This document shows positions 57,513 to 64,000 of a stretch of 64,000 nucleotides of DNA, in pieces. Positions within the stretch are counted from its first letter, which is position 1; each line of letters begins with the position of its first letter. This DNA is from Eledone cirrhosa (lineage: Eukaryota): positions 229,214,001 to 229,278,000 of the forward strand of contig OZ024740.1 in NCBI GenBank assembly GCA_964016885.1, given 5' to 3'. The notes beneath the pieces are model-generated. The model was not told where the DNA came from. It did no database searches and saw only the letters and a list, made by a program, of their open reading frames with translations. The position numbers and the translations under genes were made by a program.

Positions 57513-57658
57513 TTGTTATATAGTAAGGTGTATTATTGGTTGTGAAAAACAGTCCAATAAATTTTTGTTAGCAATATTAAGTTCTCCACGCTTTTGTATA
57601 TCTCCAATTCCATTCAAGGGAACAGCTAGATGATGTAAAACGGAGTATTAGTGTCACT

Positions 57659-58425
57659 GGCCTGACCACTAGTATAGCTAAGCTTTTCTTTAGGGCCTTA
57701 GACAAATGCTTCCCTAGATCACACAGATACTATAAAATATTCTATAGGAATACCATCAAGCTGTCCCTCTCCACAATCAGTAACATAGCTCAGAATATAG
57801 CTAAGATGAATTATAGTAGACTTAGGACAGCCCAAGGGGGGACTAGACATGGCAGAACTATGGATGAACGGACTCATACACGTGAGGCGAGTCGGGTCAC
57901 CCCAACCCCTGGGAACTTACCCATAGAGCAGACAAGAACTGAGACCCGACCCCAAAGGTACCGTGGTTCCTCTGGAACTACCCAAGTCGATAGCAGAAAA
58001 TGTAATTGCAGGAACACCGCCACTTGCCCCATGGCTGGGAAATGCCTTTCCAAAAACATAGTCTACGACTGTAAGGTCTCCACTCTTGATAGGACCTTCA
58101 GGTATATTGGGGCAACTGCCACTGAATTTAAGGATAGATGGTATAATCACCGCCATACCTTTAATAGATTAGATAAAAAAATAGCACGGGATTTTCTGAA
58201 TTAGTCTGGAAGCTTAAACAACAGAATATAGAGCACTCCTTATCCTGGTCCATAATTTGCTCAGCCCAGCCTTATAAGGGCAGCACTGGCGTCTGTAATT
58301 TATGTATAGCTGAAACCTTTAATATGATTAGAGGCGGCCCCCTATTAATTAATAGGGGGGCGAATTTTTTCAGCAACTGCCAACATAGAACCTCGAAAAC
58401 CTTCCGCAGGATTTTTGGAAAGTAA
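57659..58425 (+). pseudogene. Penelope-like element ORF 3' part (linker plus GIY-YIG endonuclease), frameshifted
   Basis: IAKLFFRALDKCFPRSHRYYKIFYRNTIKLS; CNCR...CPMAGKCL..NIVY...YIGAT..FKDRWYNH; CNLCIAE; EFFSNCQH; stop at 58423-58425. Putative 3' UTR extends to ~59500. Confidence 0.9.
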
Positions 58426-59534
58426 CCTACCACTAACTCCTCCCTCTCTACTTTAGCCATAGAGTTCTCTCAATAAACAGACAATCACACACTCAGGTAG
58501 TTAGACGGCTAAGACCGTTTGCGCACTTACAAACGGTACTCGGCCTGTTTCCACAGAGTGCTCTAGTTAGTAAATAGTTAGAATGATTATACACTCAGAA
58601 TACTTAGTTAGTAAATGATTACACAATCAGGCAAGACCGATTACGCGCATTTACCTTTACTTTAAGATACCCTAACCATTGAGTTCTCTCGGTTGGGACA
58701 TAGCTAGACGTATTGCACACTCAATTAAGACCGATTACGCTCTCTATACATAACTCTACACACAGTACCCGTTTTCTTTAGACATTGAGTTCCCACAGTT
58801 ACAACTGGTCACGTTCCTACCGATTGAACACTACACTAGGTTTTGATCCGTGATCATCTAACCATGGAGTGCTCACAGTTACGGATTGAACAATAATACT
58901 TACACACCATTAATGGGCCTACACACATCCTCTGGGTTTTGCTATCCTTTGTTATTTTAGTTTACTTTATGTGTTGGATAACACACCTCTACCACTCAAA
59001 CACATATCTTAAAAGCCCAAGGGCCCATATGACGGGAAATCGCACTTACTGACACCTTAATCGAAATACCCAACCCTACACGGAGCCCTTTGCTGGTTGT
59101 TTGCACGCACAGATTTGGGGACTCGGATTCTCAATGGGACAGCGGTACATACTGAGTTCGATATGAGCTGACTACTTGCTCTTCACATGGATGTGTATAT
59201 ACCTAGACATACACTTTTTTGGACGATACGGATGTGTATATACCATAACATACACTATTTGGAGATACGGATGTTACAATTCAATCTATACACATATAGC
59301 AGAACACTGAACTGAACTTACTTGCTTGTGTGTGTGTGTGTGTATAGGGCTGTGGTTGACCCAATATTTCCAATTTACATCGTCAAATTGAGATTTAACC
59401 AATGTAGCATTTGTTGTTTTGTAAACTAACTTTCGGTGAATGCTATGTTGGTATATTCTTATATTTATTATGTTTTCTTTGACATCGCTTCGGTGTGTGT
59501 GTACCCACTCACACTACTTGTGACCGTCTATAGT

Positions 59535-60005
59535 AAAGGTTCTCAACGGGGGGGCATATGCCCCCCCCCCCCCCCCACCCCATCCCGGGGGACGTTTCGT
59601 AGCCCCAGGGGGGCGTTATGCAGTAACGGGGAGTTAGGGGGGACGTTATGCAGTAATGGGGCGTTTGAAACTTTGAGGGCGCTAGAAGCTCCTTTAGTTT
59701 GGTAAGTTTTATAAGTCATATTTGTACGTCTCTTAGACAGTCAGTGATTTGAATAAAAAAAAAAACAAAGAAAATAAATTAAAGGCTTGTCAACGAATTC
59801 CCTAAGGAGATAAAAGAAAATCCAAAGAAAATCAAAGAGAATGAAAGTAAGGACTACTTCAACAGAAATGACAAGAAGAAGCAATGGTGGTGAACATACA
59901 CATACATACATACATACACACACACATATATACACATGCATACACACACACACATATATATATACACACACGGGCCGGCGTTAGTGTTTGATGAAGTTGA
60001 GAACC
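59535..60005. mobile_element. Degenerate hAT-type MITE
   Basis: ggttctcaac near 59538 and gttgagaacc near 59995. Similar hAT-like ends at ~48216 and 63190-63588. Confidence 0.45.
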
Positions 60006-61203
60006 TGGTCAGCTTTCAGCCAGAAGTGTGGTATTTAATCTCCCTAGGTACATAAAATCTGGCGACAAAAATGTTCTCCTTACCAAAAAAAAGAAGACAT
60101 AGATCATATCAACATCCTTACACATTTAAATATAATTGTTTCTACTTAGAGGCACAAGGCCAGCAAATACCCAGTGCATTACTGGTACTTTTATTTTTAT
60201 CGACCCCGTAAGGATGAAAGGCAAAGTCAACCTCGGCAGGATTTGGAACTCAGATCGTAAAGGGACGTAACTATGCTGGAAAGCATGGCATCCGACCCTC
60301 TACCGGATACTGCCAATCCACCGTAAATATAATGTTAATATAATGTATAGTATACAAATGTATAGAATGCATAGCTATATACATACTAAATGTATGAGTA
60401 TATATATAGTGTATTGTATGTTAGATTTATATATAGTATAGTATATATATATATATAGGATTTATATATAAATATAATATATATATATTATATATATATA
60501 GATTATATACTATATTATATTATAGTATATTATAATATATATATATATAGTATATATAATATATATACAGTATTATATTTATATGTTATTTATATAATAT
60601 ATATTAATATGTATATATAGTATTATAGTATATATATAGTATAGAGTTATATATAGTATAGTATATATATAGTATAATAGAGTAGATAGTAGTAAGTATA
60701 TATATATATATAATATATGATATTATAGTTAATAGTAATATATCATATACGTATATAGTACAGATACAATAAATAGATCTATATACTACAGTATTAATAT
60801 ATAGTATATATATCGTGTCAAACTACTCACTATATCTCAGAGCTAATTACCCTACATATATATCATACGTACAGTCGATAGGTACAGGCAGACAGACACT
60901 ACACACACACACGTCCACACACATGACACACTCACCACACTCACACGACACACTACACCACATACACACTACACGACACCTACACAGACACACTCACACA
61001 CACGACTCACGACACACGTACCTACACGACCCACTCACACACACACTTACGACACACTACACACGACTCACACACACAGGACACACACACCACTGCCTAC
61101 TCACCACACTACCTACGTCAACTACTCACACACACACACACACACGGACACAGCACTACCATAGACGCGACCGACACACCCACACACAACAGCACTCACA
61201 CAC

Positions 61204-61403
61204 NNNNNNNNNNNNNNNNNNNNNNNNNNNNNNNNNNNNNNNNNNNNNNNNNNNNNNNNNNNNNNNNNNNNNNNNNNNNNNNNNNNNNNNNNNNNNNNNN
61301 NNNNNNNNNNNNNNNNNNNNNNNNNNNNNNNNNNNNNNNNNNNNNNNNNNNNNNNNNNNNNNNNNNNNNNNNNNNNNNNNNNNNNNNNNNNNNNNNNNNN
61401 NNN
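61204..61403. other. Assembly gap (200 N)
   Basis: Run of N. Confidence 1.
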
Positions 61404-61445
<42 letters not shown>

Positions 61446-61727
61446 TAAAAGAGAAAACACAGGTAAGCATTAAGAGAAGGATTTTATCCAGGTATTTACG
61501 ACCGTTTCATTGGTAAGTGCAATCTTATATTGCCATACTGCAAATAGCAGCCACTCAATTATAATTGTTGTTCACAGTCCACATTTTCAAAATAGTAAGT
61601 TACTCTTGAAATAATTCTTAATATATAGAGAAAAACATTTATTTGGAATTGTATTTACTAGTATAGAGAGAGAGGAATCAGAAGGTGAGGGGACAAACGG
61701 AATAGTATAGAGAGTATAACTATATAT

Positions 61728-61883
<156 letters not shown>

Positions 61884-62063
61884 TTGTTTGTTACCCTGGC
61901 GTCCCCTTTGTTTACGTGTCCCAACGACTTTTTTTAGCCGTTGTTCGCACCAACCTGAGGCATATGGCCCTTAAAGCGATGAAATGCCTGGGACGGTTGG
62001 AGGGTCACTGATGAAGGACTTACTTTTTCATATGCACCACCATTTGCAATGCGCAGCCATCAT

Positions 62064-62107
<44 letters not shown>

Positions 62108-62407
62108 CGAAGGAAATGTGGTAAGGAACCAGGTGGACCATAACGCACCATAACAGTCCAGAATTAGCCGTCGAAACGGCTTGAGCTCAGCTGTCGGGGT
62201 CTTACTGGTTCCTATATATATATATATATATATAAATCTACATACATATATATATATATATTCAGGTTTGAAGGTTTACCACTGGATAGAGATGGTCAAT
62301 TCCGTATGGTCAATCTTAATGTGATAATATGTAGAGCACTCAACGTAAAGCAGTTCAACCGTCTTCGTTTGTTGTAGTTGGTGGTGCTAGTACGGAGTTA
62401 AATATTA

Positions 62408-62480
62408 TAATAAAATGACAGGAGGCTGGACTTGTGTAAAACCTTTCAAGGATTTACACAAGTCCAGCCTCCTGTCATTT

Positions 62481-62485
<5 letters not shown>
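62408..62485. repeat. Short fold-back palindrome
   Basis: taataaaatgacaggaggctggacttgtgtaaa ... tttacacaagtccagcctcctgtcattttatta. Confidence 0.85.
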
Positions 62486-62561
<76 letters not shown>

Positions 62562-62577
62562 TCTACATACATACATA

Positions 62578-62635
<58 letters not shown>

Positions 62636-62647
62636 TATAAATCTACA

Positions 62648-62683
<36 letters not shown>

Positions 62684-62846
62684 TATAAATCTACATACAT
62701 ACATAAATATATACATACATACATTTACGTATGTATATGGCTATGCATTTATACATTTGTATATATATATATACATGCATTTATATTTAAGTGTGTAAGG
62801 TTATATATATATATATATATATATGTGTGTCTAATATATATATTAT

Positions 62847-62904
<58 letters not shown>

Positions 62905-62909
<5 letters not shown>

Positions 62910-63135
62910 GTGTGACAAGAAGCTTGTTTCCCAACCACATATTTCCGGGTTCAGTCCCACTGCCCGGGCCGACCAAAGCCCTGTGAGTGGATTTGATAGA
63001 TCGAAACTAAAAGAAGCCCGTCGTATATATGTATATATGTCTGTGTGTCTTTGCGTTTGTGTTTGCCCTCCCACCAATACTTGTTGGTTTGTTGACGTCC
63101 CCATAACTTACCAAGGGGATGCTCCAGCATAGGCG
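62905..63135 (+). mobile_element. Third tRNA-derived SINE type, internally deleted
   Basis: agaagcttgtttcccaaccac...gggttcagtccc head followed by ccgggccgaccaaagccctgtgagtggatttg. Confidence 0.55.
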
Positions 63136-63673
63136 TAGTCCAAAGACAGAAAAAAAGTAAAATATATGTGTGTGTGTGTGTGTGTAGAAGAGGGGTCTCA
63201 AACTCAAGGACACAAAAGGGGTATTACGTCCTGGAGGAGAGGCACAGTGGGCCAAACGTGATGGTGGGTGAACATTTTCACCAGTTATAATCATTTCTAC
63301 TATAGGAACAAGGCATGAAATTTGGGGTTTTAGGGTTCAGTCGATTGCATCGATCCTAGTACACAACTGGTACTTAATTCATCGACCCCAAAAGGATGTA
63401 AGGCAAAGTTGAGATCGGCGGAATTTGAACTCAGAACGTAAAAACGGAAGAAGTACCGTTAAGCATTTCGCCAGATGTGCTAACGATTCCACCAGCTCGC
63501 CGCCTTATTTACACCAGTGATAATGCGATATGAAATATTGGTTCTACCACGGGCCACAGTAGTTCGCGGGCCGCATGTGTGAGCCCCGTTGGAGATAAAT
63601 AGATAGATAGACGTGTACCCCAACACACACACATTTCTTACTCTCTCTGTCCCTCCCTCTTTCTCTCTTCATT

Positions 63674-63743
<70 letters not shown>

Positions 63744-64000
63744 TGTGTGTGTGGAGCGTTGTTATTTAGCGTTGTTGAAAAGAGCTGTGGTCTTTGACCT
63801 GACAATAAAAAACTGTAAACAAAATTCTTTCTGTACCAAGGCACACACACACACAAGTTTGTGTGTGTGTGTGTGTCTATCTATGTTTATATATAAGGGA
63901 TACAAATATACAAGTTTGTGTGTGTGTGTGTGTGTCTATCTATGTTTATATATAAGGGATAAAAATATTGCTTTCTCAGTCACCAAGCTTCTCAATTCAT

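Noticed and set aside
60340-61203. Irregular TA/CA-rich sequence and 233-aa ORF
   Set aside because: Looks like noisy unpolished microsatellite beside the assembly gap.

Overview
Gene-poor, repeat-saturated animal genomic DNA. The SINE types and the dense (TA)n/(CA)n/(GA)n microsatellites suggest an octopus-like cephalopod (inference). No host protein-coding gene can be supported, and almost all long ORFs in the track are artefacts of tandem repeats. The window holds a full-length but decayed Tx1/L1-type LINE (24445-30480, 22-bp TSD) and a complete Buster-type hAT transposon (34941-37778, 8-bp TSD). It also holds many RTE-type LINE pieces, tRNA-derived SINEs, Helitron, pogo and mariner remnants, three large minisatellites each apparently seeded from a different transposon, and two Penelope-like (GIY-YIG) ORF remnants. 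The most striking signal is RNA structure in the Penelope-type debris among the (TA)n tracts. There are four well-formed type I hammerhead ribozymes, several fold-back palindromes carrying half a hammerhead on each arm, and a motif shared by two diverged repeat families. In that motif the three hammerhead strands lie in a non-circularly permuted (pseudoknotted) order, with covarying stems I and III. All structures were folded by eye and none is shown to be active. Boundaries of decayed elements are approximate.
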